DNA of 64,000 nt from Podarcis melisellensis (Eukaryota), in assembly GCA_964234715.1 (NCBI GenBank), contig OZ174275.1, one strand, 5' to 3'. The notes below the pieces were generated by a model. It was not told the origin of the DNA. It did not search any database and worked only from the letters and a program-made list of their open reading frames with translations. Shown piece after piece: positions 15,301-29,041 of the stretch; positions within the stretch are counted from its first letter, which is position 1; every line of letters starts with the position of its first letter. Made by a program: the position numbers and the translations under genes.

Positions 15301-16604
15301 AAATAGCTATGGCTGAGGGTGGGGTCACCATTCAATTCCCTCTTTCGGGCACAATAGCTGGAAATGAATTTGTCTCATGAGCCACAGTTGGCTGCTTCAA
15401 AATCAATAAGCTCTCATATGCAAACCAGGCAAATTTCAGACTGCAATGAAATCTAGCTGGCAAACAAACGCTTCCTTTTCCCCTTTGGATGAAAACAGCC
15501 TCAACAGCAAAGAAAAACTCTTTGCCCTCTTCTTCCTCTTCCACCCCCTTTTCACAGCCATAAGTAGCATCTGCAGAATAAAAGCAATCAAAGCCAGATT
15601 CGGAAAAAGTTGCTTGTTATGACTAGGAAGAGCGCTATTAAAATAACGAAGAAAGAGGAAAAATGATAAAACAGAAATAAAAGGGCAGAAAACACAGTGT
15701 AAATGCAAAACAGGCCATTTCAGACTGTTTGGGTTCAAGCCTGCTTTGGGGGATTCTCACATTTTTCATAGGACGTTAAGGCGTCTGGGATTAAAGAGAT
15801 CCTTGTGACTTGCTGTAGAGAGCCAGTGTTCACTACAAATGTGCCTTTACCAGTTGAATCATTTGAGCAAAAAAAGCTGTGAAGGGTGAGCAGAGTGGCA
15901 TCCCATATATTAATAACATGGAGCACTTTTTTCCTGGCAGGTTGAAGTTTCCCAGTTGAGCAGCCTTTTGCAGTTCCTGGGATGGATGTGTAAAGCTTTG
16001 TACTGGAATTTCTCCGACGCTTACATTGTTTTGTTTTTCGCCGGATACAGCCTGAAAAAAAATTGCCTATAGGCATGCTCTAATCTCATTCCAATCTTCA
16101 CCAGTAACGCTGCCCAAACTCATATATCCTGGCTCCATAATATGAATCTCAGCACTTCGTAGTGCTCATTTCCAAATATTAGGCAATCATTATGGCCCCA
16201 AAGTTCTTCTCTTGCCTGGATTTTAATCTGAACCAAAGAAGAAATTTTAAGGTCCAGGAAGAGGCAACTAAAATGACCAAGCAACTCCCTTAGGGGGGAA
16301 AGGTTGCAGCATTTAGGGCTATTAAGTTTAGAGAAAAGGCGAGTCTGATGCTGGACTAGATGGGCTGCAGGCACTTCTTATGTTCTTAAATCCCTCTTCC
16401 CATTTGCTTCATTACCTTCCCTACTGCTTGGGTAGCGGTGAAATGAAAGGAGGAAAATTTTTATTGCCCCCCCCCCCTTCTGGTGCCTGGCCTGCTGCTC
16501 CAGGTGCCAGGAATGCTGGGATAAGTGGTTTTCTCACTAGTATGCCAAGAGCAAAAGTGGGAAAAGAGATTCCTTCACCCAGGCACAAAAAAGAGATGGT
16601 CAGG

Positions 16605-16845
16605 TACAGTGGTACCTCTGGTTACGTACTTAATTCGTTCTGGAGGTCCATTCTTAACGTGGAACTGTTCTTAACCTGAAGACCACTTTAGCTAATGGGG
16701 CCTCCTCCTCAGTGCCACCGGAGCACAATTTCTGTTCTCATTCTGAAGCAAAGTTCTTAACCTGAGGTACTATTTCTGGGTTAGCGGAGTCTGTAACCTG
16801 AAGCGTATGTAAGCTGAAGCCTATGTAACCCGAGGTACCACTGTA
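16605..16845. mobile_element. Tigger-like MITE
   Basis: TIRs tacagtggtacctctggttac / gtaacccgaggtaccactgta with TA ends. Confidence 0.85.
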
Positions 16846-17385
16846 TTTGAAGGGAGGAGCTTTCAAGGCTTGCTAGGAAGTTGAGGAAGAGTTCAGACCT
16901 TATTAGACTCCGAAACGACATAACTGGTATCGCAACAGGATCTGTTTTGATCAAATTGAGCGTGGAAGAAACTGAGCATTTTCCTGCATTTTGAGGGAAA
17001 TACTTTTGGTATTCCAATTCCAAAGCTGACCATGAGAGAACTCCCCGTCACTGAAAATGTGGAGTGGCTTTCTAGAGGAGGTCTGCCAGTGGCTTTCCCG
17101 CAACAGCCACTTGAGGTGCTCACAAACATTTCTTGTTCTACATTTACTACCGTAAACATGATAGTAATGACTCACCAATATTTGCTTAAATGTTATAGGC
17201 CTTAGTTCCTTTCAATTGCTTTGTGTGCATGAATTTCTGTCCCAGTAGGTCAGGGAGATATTTACCTTGTTGAGACAGAGGCCAAGAAGGACATTTGTCT
17301 GTGTATTATGTCACAGGATTGTGGAGGTGTCTGTGTGAAAGAGTGCTTGCAGAGCACATGTGGAGTGAGTCCAAGGCAGAGCCTA

Positions 17386-17429
17386 GTGGATCCTTTTAGG
17401 AGCTCAGGTGGATCCTATTAGGAGCTCAG
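17386..17429. repeat. 22-bp tandem duplication
   Basis: gtggatccttttaggagctcag followed by gtggatcctattaggagctcag. Confidence 0.9.
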
Positions 17430-20400
17430 GTGAAGAAAGAAACAGGAAGTTTTAAAGTTTGCTTCCTGAGTAGTGAGAGGAAACTGAAGGAAATCTAAGA
17501 ACAGCAGGTGGAGGAGGAAGAAACAACTCTCTATAAAAGATCATCTCCATTCTTTGGGAATTTATTACCATGCTGTTGTATACTGGACCTTAGTACATGA
17601 TCAACCCTACAGAAGCTAGTCGTTCTGTTTATTTAAAGGACCAAACTCAAATGCCAGCTGATAACATAATTCTGCTCACACTCAGTTTTCATTCCACTCT
17701 GACCTTCACCTCTGGACATAATTCTTCAGAACCATGTCCTCTTCAAACTCTCCTTCCCTAGCCCCCTCACTTCCTTTGGCCTTCTGCCTTCTCTTTTCCA
17801 AGGCCCCTCTTCCTTCCCTCCTTCCAGCCCCCCCCCCATATTATCAGAGCCATTCAGCCAAAGGCAGGAAGAGATCCTAGAGTCTCCTTACCTTCTCCGT
17901 GGTATGAGTCATTCACTGCCATGCACTTCATTGTCGTCACCCCCAGATCTCGTAGCACAAATATAATCCGAAAGCAGTATTTGATACATAATGTTCGGTG
18001 AAAATATTTACAGTAACAAGAGAAAGACACAGGAAAGTAATGCAGTCACTTTCACTAAATGTTCCAAAATAACACCCACCACGTCTGGCTGCTGAGTTCC
18101 TGGAACCTGCTCCCCCACCCCCCAAAAGCAAAGGAATGATCTAAATTAATGACTAAGCATGTGGGAGTTACTTGAATAGCCATAAACAGACCAGGCCAAT
18201 TCACATAAGTGAGGATAACCTCTAGCACAGGTTCATGGCTGCTAGTAAGCATCTGGGGACCTGGTGTGCAATCTTCAGCACAGGCACCAAATAAAGCCAA
18301 AGTTCCTATCAACTCCATTATTCACTCTATACATGGACTAACAAGTAAAAAGTGTTTAAAATTCAAGGGTCAGTTGCTAGGTTTCTTAGAGAGACTCCGA
18401 TTCTACTGCCCACCTCTGAGCTCCCTCACTTGGGACTGGTACAAAAAACAGCATCATTACTGTAGGGATGGGCAACCTGTGGCCCTCCAGATATTATTGG
18501 ACTCCATCAGCCTCAGACAGCATGCTCAGGGGTGATTTTAACAACATCTGGATGGCTACAGGTTCCCCAACTCTGCTCTAAACTGATGAGCACTTAGGGA
18601 TCCTTCCTCACGTCAGCCCTGGGGAAAGTGTCATTTGAGCCTGTTTCATATGTTTACAGGGCTGGTCCTCTTTTGAGCCATGTGTCTCAGGCAGCAAATC
18701 TGAAGGGATCCTGGAAGGCAACAGAGGATGTGGAAGATTGGGGGGGCAGAGATTGTGGCAAAAAGTGTTGACAGCCCCAATCTGCTTCAGGCAGTGTGAT
18801 ATGGCTGTGAATGTTACATATTACTGACATTTACTTGGGATCTGTTGTAGAAAGAAATAGAGCAGAAATAAAACACAGTTTTTCAAAACCCAGCAAAACT
18901 ACAGATTACCAAAAAGTTTGAATGTTGAAATTTGCCTTCAGAAATTTTACATCTGGCATCTGAAATCATGATTTCACATCATAATTTCACAATCTTCCTT
19001 TTTTGATTTGTTAAATGAATGATGTTTCCTAAATTCTGTTACATCAGATGACAGATACTGATGACATCTACTGACATTTTGACATCTACTGTGCATATAA
19101 CATATTAGCCACGACTTATCAAATACTGCGTATCAGTTGTCAGATATATTGGCAAAACGCTAAAAGTCGTATGTCAGATTCGTTAAATACTACATCCTGC
19201 TTCAAGTCAGATGTTGACTGCAACAGCTGGCTGCTACGTGTTGGCTACTGTCAGATACTGGTGGTAGCTGTGTGTCCAGCTGAAATATTTTCAAATACTG
19301 ACACCATTAAATGCTGACTGATGCTGAATGCCAGCTGTTACATAACTGCCCAGTGTTGACTGCTACTGCAAAATCTTTGGGCGTCAAATGCATTGTTGAA
19401 CATCAAATATTCACCAAATATTCAAATAAGGATTTGAATGTTTGCAAGGAAAGATTAATTTGGGTGCAAATTGGTTTCAGCTCTAGAATGAATGTCACAG
19501 CCTTTATCTCCCCCACAACACAAGAAAGACACCATTTATGTTCTTCCCACTAGACTCCTAGCTCAATGGTTATTTTTACTGCTATTTTGTCATTCCAATC
19601 ATGCAATTGGCACAGAGGGAACCATCCAGGAACAGACTTCCCTTTTGCTTTACTGGGTATAATCAGTCCACGAGTGCTTGCATTGGCTGCTTCTGTATAG
19701 ATGAATGGGGGATTCCCCATGTGCAAAACATCTGAACTGTGAATACCCTTTGGATCAAGGTGCATTCTCCGAGATATCCCAGTGTCATTCTGTCCTGGTT
19801 GAACATACAAACCAAGGAAAACTGTATATACACGACACTAGGCAATGCACACAAAAAAGCCATTTCTGTTATATATTTTTTAGCTTTGCCTAGAATCTGA
19901 GAACTTGCAGCTTGGTCTCGATACATCTTTTTAACAAGCAAAACAACAGGCTTCTGGATCTTTAAAATCTGTTGCAAAGGACTTGGAATGTCCCTTGTCT
20001 TCCCTCCTCCCCTTCCCAACCCTTTCATAAAAACCTTGCATGCAAAACAGCTTCTCTTGCATCTGGCCTTCTCCCTAGCAAAGTAAACAACTTCCCCAGT
20101 CCCGACAAATGAACAGCAAACTGGTGGAGCATTGCAGGGGGGTGGGAGAGACAATTTTCCTTCCAACTCATTTACAATCAGTGTTTTTTGTGGTGAAACA
20201 AACTATGCCTTGGGTCCAATCCCTCTTCTTTCTTTTCTTTCTTTTGGCTATCGGGATATGCTTTTGGTGCCACACCCCTCCCACACCATATGGCACCACA
20301 TGTGCTCAAGTCAAGTCCCACATGAGCAGAGAGGAGCGTGGAAATCCACATGCCTATCAAGTATTTATTTTCTTTTGTCTGCTGTCTAGAACAAGAGGGG

Positions 20401-23400
20401 GTGCTCAAAACACAAAACCTATTATTATTCTTATTATTACTGCCATCATCATTATCATTCTGTTCCCTTTCTCTGGAACAAACAAGATGTTTACAAGGTT
20501 GCCCAAGTATGCTGACCAACTTTCTGCAGCTGATAGGACACACCAAGGGTGTCCTGTGCTAAACACTACACATGATGTGTGGACCAAATATGAAACCCAG
20601 TAGAGAAGCAATAGATCCTCAGGGTGGCAATGGCTGTACTTGAAATCACCTACTGTTAAAAATATCGAAAGTTTGAGTCCCCAGTGTCCAGAGCGGAATA
20701 AGTAACATGGAAGGGAAAGCCAAATTATCATTCTCAGGCTGATTTTTTTTAAACCTAATCATGTCATCTTCTTCCTGGGACACAAAAAGAAGCCAATTTG
20801 TGCAGTTGTAGTTAAAGACAACTAGAGTCTATTGCTCTGCACTTTACTTTGTGCTGAACATGTGACTTTAATGTATAGTTTTACCACATCTTCTGTGAGA
20901 TGGTCTATGCTCCCAAACTGGGAGTCAAAAGACCCGGGTTTGGGGTTTGTCTTTTGAATTATAGTCTACTCTTCAACAGGTTTTCAGGGCAAACTTACAA
21001 GAGGTTAACAATTACAATACAACAAAGGAAAGCAAAAACATTCAGACATACCAGGTTCAGATCCAAATTCTGCAGCCGACTTTTTATGTAATCTCAGCTT
21101 CCATCCTGTGTGTCTGTCTCAAATGCACCACATGGAAGGCAAACCTGTTTTGAACAGAATGTTCTGCCTCCTATGTGCATAAATAGCAGGGCAACTGTTG
21201 CCTTGAACCCATCAGAATTCTCCAAGGGTACTGTGAGAGGGAAAAGATGCACCTTAACACATTAATTCCATCCAGAATAGCCAACATTCTCTTTAACCAC
21301 ACCTAAGGAGCCACACAGAAGCCAGCGAGTCTCAACATTGTCGGGATGTGGGACTGGGACTGCTGCTCCGGCCCAGATTCATTGAAAGCCCTTTAAGCTG
21401 AGCTGGCTTTTGAAATGCTGCTTTGAACCTCAGAATTTACCACAGCTATTTTTTCTACAAATCTACTGGGACAACGGCCTCATGAAGTCATTTTGTGTGT
21501 CTGAAATAGTCTCAAATGTATCTTTCCCCGCAGATAAAGCCATCAGCTAGATTTAGGACCGGGGGCAAACATGTTCAAGTTGCCATGTAAAGGAACGCCG
21601 TGCCCTACATCGTTGAAGCTTCATGTGAGGATTACACAATGAAATACTGTGAGCCAATTTTATCATCTCAGTGCCGTTTGTTGGCCTTGAGGATGTGCAG
21701 ATGCAGTCGTCCCCTACATGTAGATGAGGCAAGACACCATAAATCCCTTCGCCGTCTCCCTGGTTCACTTTCTGTCATGGATCTATGTAGAGCCAGAGGG
21801 GAAAGGATCCATCCTGCAGCTCCGCTACTTGACAGAAAGGCCAGCAGCTGCAGCCCTCCCTGTGCCAAATGTAAGAAACAGCTTTGTGCGTCACTCCAGA
21901 AATGATGTTGCTTCATTCCAGGCACTTCTGTCCAATAATCATTTTGCTCCTTGGAGACATGCACCCACTTCTGTGTCCAGGACCTGACCTCCTAGGTACA
22001 GCTGTTGCCTTCCTGAGCTACCAGCAGCGGCCAAACACCAGCTGGCAGCCGAGTTGCTTCTTGCCTCCCAGAAGGGGCTGCTTTGACTTCTGGGGTGGCT
22101 GGGGCGGGGGCTGCATTGGAGGAGAAGTCCCAGGTTAAAATGCATCAGGACTGCCTGCAGCTGAGTGGACTGCTAGCCACAAAAGCTAGTGGGGCCACAA
22201 GCCCTTTGTTTCTTCAAAAGGCTAGAGAGCCAGGGATTCCAGGGATGGATTGAATCCCACATTTACCGTGGTTCTTTGTTTTGCATTTTTTGGCTGTGTT
22301 TTTCAAAAAGTCTGGAAAAAGTGACACCAGGATCTGAAGTGCCCAATGTCAGCAAGCAACAGGCAGTTCATATAAATGATCTCTTTTGCCTGTGCCTGTG
22401 TATCTGATTTCTCCCCTCTTAACGGGGGAGAAAAGTAGGGTTTGGGGTTGGGTTTTATCAGCATCCGATTGCTAGGACTCCTAGTATATGGGCTTCTTAC
22501 TCTATAAAGCATTCTTGTGTTAATCATGTATGTTGCCCCATCAATAAATTAAAAAGTTTGCACTGGAAAGTGTCAATATTTGTCTTGCTCTCTAAAAAAT
22601 GTCATTTACCTTCCCCTCCTGCCTACGCAATATAAGAGCTGGTCTCACTTGGCTTGGCAGAATCTACTTTCAGTTTTAAAGTCTGTGTTTTTGTGCAAAG
22701 TCAAATCTGTATCCAGTAAATAACCCTACTTAGCATTTACGTAGCAGTCTTGAGTGTTCAAAGCAGCGCTACACATACAGTTTCTCAGTGATCTTTACAC
22801 AGCAACCACAGGGTAGGTCAGTAGTACAAAGGGGAACTGAGGTTGCGAGATAATTGCCTGTAGCCACCTAGTGAGCTTGTCATAAAGGTGACATTTGAAC
22901 CAAGGACTTCCTAGGGCATGGCTCAGATTATTGCCCCCTACATTACACTAGCCAGTCTCCCACAAGATATATTATCTGAACATATGGCATTTGTTGCCTG
23001 GTGCAGAATTTCTACTGTATGGCTCTGCTGACAGGGTGCTCATTCATGGCTACCTCACAGTGTGCTTTTCAGAGGAAGGAGCCACTTGGCTACATGCCCA
23101 AGACTAGTTGACCACTGCTGAGGGAGGCAGGAATGAAGTTGGCCAGGTCACCTTTTCAGGGCCAGCTGGCACTGCAGACATGCTGGCTCTCCGCAGTCCA
23201 CTGTAAAAGGAGGCAGAAGGCTAACTTTGAAGTCCAGTGGCTAACTTCAAATTATTGCATGTTTTCTTTTTGAAAAATGCACCCGCTGAAAGGGCCACAA
23301 CAGCTGAAGACGCCATTCTGGATCAGACGAGCCATTTGCAGGCTGCTGTTCAGATACTTTGAAAAAGAGAAGGCTTAAGCAGGAGTGGGAGAATTTAAGA

Positions 23401-26400
23401 AAGAAGTTCGCCTTCCATATCTACCATTAGCAATTCCACCATGTTACTGGTGGCCTAGGCCACAAGCAAACTCCTCACACCAGCCTTCCCAAGCTGGTGC
23501 CCTCAACATGTCTTGGACTTTAATTCCCACCATCCCTGGCTGGGGCTAATGGGAGTTACCCCCTCCAGATGTTTTGGATGACATTGGGTTGAGGCAGGCT
23601 GCTCTGCTTCCCTCCCTCTTTCCCTCCCTCCCTCCATTAGCAAAGGCCATTCTCCCCCACCTTAGCCTCACACATCCTTTCATTGCTACCCAAATGTTCC
23701 TTACCAAATTCTCACTATTCTTGTTGCCTTTCATCCTAACCCCATTAAACCCATAGTTAGGAGGCAACCCAGGGCGCCTGACCACCAGCTTTGTTGTGAT
23801 GAGTCCCAGATCCTTCCTTTTATTTATTTTTTAACTAAAAAGAAAAAGAAAAACATGGCTTATATGGACACACTGTGAAGTGCAGCACTGGCAAGACGCC
23901 ACTTTCCTGAATACATATAAAACAGCAAATACAGACTGTATGTAAATTTGTGTTGTGGGCCTGTGCCCCAAGTCCCTAGTAACACCCTGGGCCCCGTTGT
24001 ATTGTACTCATAACATAGCTGCTCTACCTTGCTGTATGATGTGTTAAGGGAGGGGTAGTACCTCTGGTGGGGGACACATTGAGCTGCTTTTGGAGTAGTG
24101 TGTCCACCTTTGGCCCCCACCCTGCCCTCAGCTCTCACATGTGGCTCCTAGAAGCTGTCAGTATGCAACAGCAGCCCAAACCTGGGAATGGCTTCAACTG
24201 GCCAGCTAAACTACATGATGGTAGCTGATGCACCCATCAGCTAGGGACTTCCCTTGCATGCAAAGCCAGGCTCCAGTGGATTGAGTGGACAAGACCAATA
24301 GTGGCTCCAATGGTCAAGGAGGCGGTTTCTGAACATAGTGTGGAGGGAAATGAGGAGTAGTTGGGGTTTGTCAAGTGGGAAGGTAGCCTATCTAGGAGAA
24401 GGAAAACTTCTGCTGCCTTGTGGGATATCTTAGGGAGCAGAAAAGGCTAAGGAGTAAACCCTACACAAATCCAGAGTGGAGTCCCTAGGACGGTTGGATG
24501 GTGTCTTGTATGCCTCCCTCCAGCAACTTCCGCAGCCAAGCTGGTGCCAAATGTATTGCTCTGCTTTCCTTTGGGCCACATCAGCAAGGCCTGGACAGCC
24601 CGCGACCTCCATACACACTGCTCAGGCTTGTGCCCTGAGGAGGTCACTTTGGTGTTGCTAATGCAGCAGTCTGACTTCATCCCGAGGCACACTCCATTGC
24701 CTCTCGAGACACATGCCCACCTCGCTGAGTCAGAATGAAAGCAAGCCACAATCCAATGCTCCGTTTCTAGCAGTGGATAAACCAGATGTCCTTGTGGAAT
24801 GAGAAGCACTCATCTGCTGTGGTTTAATCCCAGTATCTGGTAATCAGAGCCATGCTGCTTCCAAATATGAAGGTGCCATTTTTAATCATTTAAATAATTG
24901 TTCATTATTCCAAACTCCGCAGTGAACACTGACTTCTCTGCCCTGTATAGCACACATGCGGTGCTAAATATTCAATAGTGGCTGCAAAGCAGCTGTGCTA
25001 CATAGAATACAGGAGGCCAACTATTCAGTCAAACCAGCTCCATCCAAAACGGTAAGCCATCTCTTTGTAACTCCAATACTGTATCCTTTTGGAAAACCAG
25101 CATATATTCTGATTTTTTTCTTTTCTTTTTTAAGACCAGCTGTAGGTGGACCCAGGGCTTTTTCTCATTAACTACTGTGTGGCAAAAAAAATCTCTCTGA
25201 TCGCCCTGTTTTGGACCAACCTGCTAGCTTAAGTAGATCATGACGCACTCCAAAATATTTGTTTTGGTTAGTTGTACACAAAAGGGGCAGGCAGCTTCTA
25301 GCAGTTGTAAGCAGCAAGCGACACGCTGGACACTCAAAAGGAGAGGGGGGTGTCAAAGGCAACTAATGAGCAGAAGGGGTGTGCGTAAAAGTCCTACTTA
25401 GATTGCCTCTCAGGGGAACAGCTGTTTCCTTGTAAACATTTTATGAGTTGTTCTGACTTCAAGTTTGAATGAAAAACATTTGTTGTGGCCAAGGTTTGAG
25501 GGCGGGGGGGGGGGTGGTGTGGAGAGAAAAAGAAGGTGTCAGCGGGGAAGATTCAATGCTTGTCCAAATGACAGGCTCTCAAAAGCAGAAAATTCAAGTT
25601 GTATATGCTCACATGAAGCCTCCTCAGTAACTGAGCTGCTGCTGCAGTTGATCATATAGAGAAAGCAAAACAAAACACAGGAAGGCATTGCTCCAGAGAG
25701 CCTACAAAGGGGATGTAGGTAGCATCTAACAATTTTGTGTCCATATAAACCAATATTTAGTGGTATGCTGCTCCTGAAAAATGATATTTAATTCAGCTAC
25801 ACTACCCCAAATCTGTTAATATCTCCATGGCATGTTGTCGTCTCCTCTTTGAAAAACCCATTGAATCTAGTGTCGAAAGTTGATTTTTCACTAAGTGAAA
25901 CAGTAAAACATTTTTTACCTGCCCTGACTGTACTGCTAAGTTTCATGGGTTGACTCCTTGAGTTTCAGAATTAAGAGATGGAATGGAATGAAGTTTAGCC
26001 TGCAAGCATTAAAAATTAAAAAACAAATTAGGGATACCTTCAGAATGATCACCCACTTTGAATTTAAAAACAGCAAGCACAAGGCTGGAGACATTGTAAA
26101 GACTAACATTTATTATGGTATAAGCCTTTGTGGACTAAAGTCCACTTTATCCATTTCACTATTCGGAGATTTCACTATGTTGCTGGTTAAGAAAGCACGA
26201 ATCATGACCCTTTGCCTCCCAAAGACCACTCCAAAGATCAATAATCTACCATCCAGACAGATCAGTTGAGTAGAAGCCAAAGCACTCACCAAGCTTTGAC
26301 ATTCTGTCTTGTTTTGTACATTTGTAGAAGAATTACACAAGAGGACAAGCTGGCACCACATTCAATAAATATCCTCATCCCCAAACAATTCCTCTGTCCA

Positions 26401-26804
26401 GCCATCCAGGCTCCAGTGTAGAGCCCATGGGTGTAGCTAGAAAAAACTGGGTGGGGATTCTCTCTGTGCCCTGTTCATCTCCTAGCTTTCCACTACCTTC
26501 CACCTTCAAATCTGAAGAACTTCTGCTGGTGGTATATTTTTGTTCCGAGGGCATATTCAGTCGAGCAAATTATGGAAAAATGAAGCCAAAGTTCACCAGA
26601 AGCAGCTTAGCACAATTGAATCCCCAGGCAATCGCTTTCCCCTTGCCTAAAGTCTTGATGTGGAAAAGGGAGTCAGGAAGAAATGCCCTACTAGGAGCTG
26701 TGTGAACCAGGTTAAGTATCATAGGATGAACAGAGCATCCTTATATCTAAGCTGAAAACTTGCTTGTCAGCTTAAAGAATGTATTAATTGCTTCTGCATG
26801 CATG

Positions 26805-26807
<3 letters not shown>

Positions 26808-26854
<47 letters not shown>
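26808..26854. repeat. (CA)n microsatellite
   Basis: Read directly from the sequence. Confidence 0.97.
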
Positions 26855-26860
<6 letters not shown>

Positions 26861-28285
26861 GCCTTACCTTAGTTTTTGAACAGCTTACTTATAGTTTAGG
26901 CTCCCAAACACAGCAAACCTGGAAGTGAACCAGTTTGTGAATGATTTTTGGAAGCCAAACGTCCAACGGGGCAATCTGAAGCCACGCTTTGGTTTTTGAA
27001 CATTTTGGAAGTCAAACAGACTTCCGGAACAGATTCCGTTCCACTTCCAAGGTACGACTGCATATGTGTGTGTGTGTGTAGGCAACATTTTGGTGGGGGA
27101 AATTTTATGAATTAAGCTTATAATTAAAAAGCAGATATGAGTAAGAATGACCCCAACACTTTGGTAGATGTAGGAAACTGTCCCCCTCAAGAGTTCTATA
27201 CATCTATTATGTTGCACTGAATGTGCTTTGCCTTGGGATTCAAATATTATTTCCTCTTGGGAGACAATGGTCTATCAACTTGGCTTCCTGCTTTTGATTG
27301 AGCAACAGTGGAAAAATTGCATAGCTGGCTAGAAAAATGGGAAAGGAAGATCCCAAGGGAAAGTGGGTCATCCACAGGCTTAAGCAACCTGACCCACTGA
27401 TCGCTCAGGATTCTAAAGGAGTCTGGATATAAAGAAAGGTACGCAAGCTGAGCCAACCTCTATAAGCCAGGTTAGGCTATGTGCACCAGTCACAAGGGCT
27501 TAGGTCTACTGCAGCGAGTAAGTCAACAAAGCCCCAGCTTTGGCTGGGCACAGTGCAGCTCTGGAGCTCAACAACAGAAAAATGCTCATAGTCTGCCACA
27601 TCCAGCATGTTTTCCCCTCCTACTAAACAGTGGTGGAGGCTTTGCTGAATTAAAGAGAACCGGGGAGGGGAAAGGGTCATGTTTATTGAAGCACACACTG
27701 GTGATTTAGGTAGCAGCACAGGCCTCTGGGATATCCAGCCACAGGCCACGACATCTGAATTAGTATTTCCCTAAAAAGCAACAGAGCTCAGCTTCCACAG
27801 AGCAGGCTGCCTAATGTCGTGCCATCTTCATTGAAAACTGAAAAACTTGAAAAATAAGAGATAAGAAAATGGAAAGCAGGACTAAGCATACACAAAAGCG
27901 CAAAGAATTCTTTAAACAAGAATCGAGGCAAATGGCAACCTTTTCCCAAGTCACTGTAACTGATTCAAGTCGGGGAGGGAAGTGCAGCCTTATGCAATGA
28001 CTTGAGAATCCTGATAGACAAAGCCAACACACTGACAACACACACAATAACTAAGTGGGCAAGGCAGTCCTTTTTACTGGGTCAGGAGCTCAGTTTGTGT
28101 ATACATGTTTTGAAAATTCAGAACGATCTTTCAGGCTGCAGGAAGACATTGCGCGATACCTCCGCTCCCAAATGCGCCATCGTGCCCGTGTCTCATTAAT
28201 GGTGCACACATCAATCCCACACACCCAACAGGGTCTTCCCTGAGACAGTGTGAGGTGCCCAAAGTATGAGGCTGTCTGCCAATTC

Positions 28286-28436
28286 AGATTCAGGTAGGTA
28301 GCCGTGTTGGTCTGACGCAGTCGTAATAAATTAAAAAAATGTCCGGTAGCACCTTAGTTGGTCTCTAAGGTACTACTGGACAATTTTTAAATTTATTTTG
28401 ACTGCATCAGATCAACACGGCTACCTACCTGAATCT
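28286..28436. mobile_element. Palindromic remnant related to the PLE-like insert
   Basis: 71-bp inverted arms (28286-28356 / 28366-28436, about 8 mismatches, 9-nt spacer); shares gtagcacctta, ttagttggtct and caacacggctaccta with the 37720-37926 insert. Confidence 0.7.
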
Positions 28437-28508
28437 AGAACCATGGAAGGCACCACATTGAGTCGCATGAAATGGAACTTAGTGCTAAGTTGCTCCTGGA
28501 CATTTTTT

Positions 28509-28514
28509 TTTATT
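28509..28514 (-). terminator. Putative MRPL23 polyadenylation signal (AATAAA)
   Basis: First AATAAA seen on the minus strand after the stop codon, about 360 nt downstream. Confidence 0.5.
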
Positions 28515-28876
28515 TATGCAAATTCAGAGATAGCAAAGGTCACCCCAAATCTTGCATATGGCCCTCATGGTTACAGTATTGGCTGTCCCAGCCTTTCTAT
28601 ACGCCAGTAAACAGCGTTGAAATAAACTATTCAGACCAGGAAAAGGGGAGAGCAACAGCCTAAATGGAAAAGGCCTTCTGTTAGTATTTCCATCCACAAA
28701 AAGAAACATCATGAGCTGAAATGGAAAGAGCTGAAGTGATCCTGCTGCACAAAAGGAGTATGAGCAGTGTATTTTCAAAAGGATTTATAGAAGTGGGGAT
28801 GACATCCACATAATGACAGTACAAGATGAGAACCCATCCTGGGTGCAATGGTCTGAGTCCCTCCCAGCTGCTTCCT

Positions 28877-29041
28877 TCAAAGTCCAAACCAGGTGGGAAC
28901 GTCTGCTTGCCTGGGGTCGCCTTTCTGCCTCTGCCTCTCATCTTCCATAAATTTCTTCTGGGTATCTTCAAAAGAGCCGGGCTCAATGACTTCTTCTTTT
29001 TCTGGAAACAAGTCTGGAAACTGAAAAGTTTGTCCCGCAGC
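28877..29041 (-). CDS. MRPL23: MRPL23 exon 5, coding part (165 nt including TGA)
   Basis: tttag|GCTGCGGGA...TGGTTTGGACTTTGA; encodes [15 protein letters not shown]...VPTWFGL*. Confidence 0.96.
   Translation of the reverse strand, partial: AAGQTFQFPDLFPEKEEVIEPGSFEDTQKKFMEDERQRQKGDPRQADVPTWFGL

Noticed and set aside
19663-20731. Longest ORFs in the intergenic region (164-167 aa)
   Set aside because: Low-complexity or random-looking translations on both strands with no recognisable domain.
22861-22945. Two CTCF-like motifs (CACTAGGTGGC, TGTAGGGGGCA)
   Set aside because: They fall inside what looks like a decayed MIR-type SINE (about 22730-22950) and the matches are partial.
24160-24720. Sequence resembling a squamate interspersed repeat (possibly LINE-derived)
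   Set aside because: Could not assign family or boundaries from sequence alone, so not listed as a feature.
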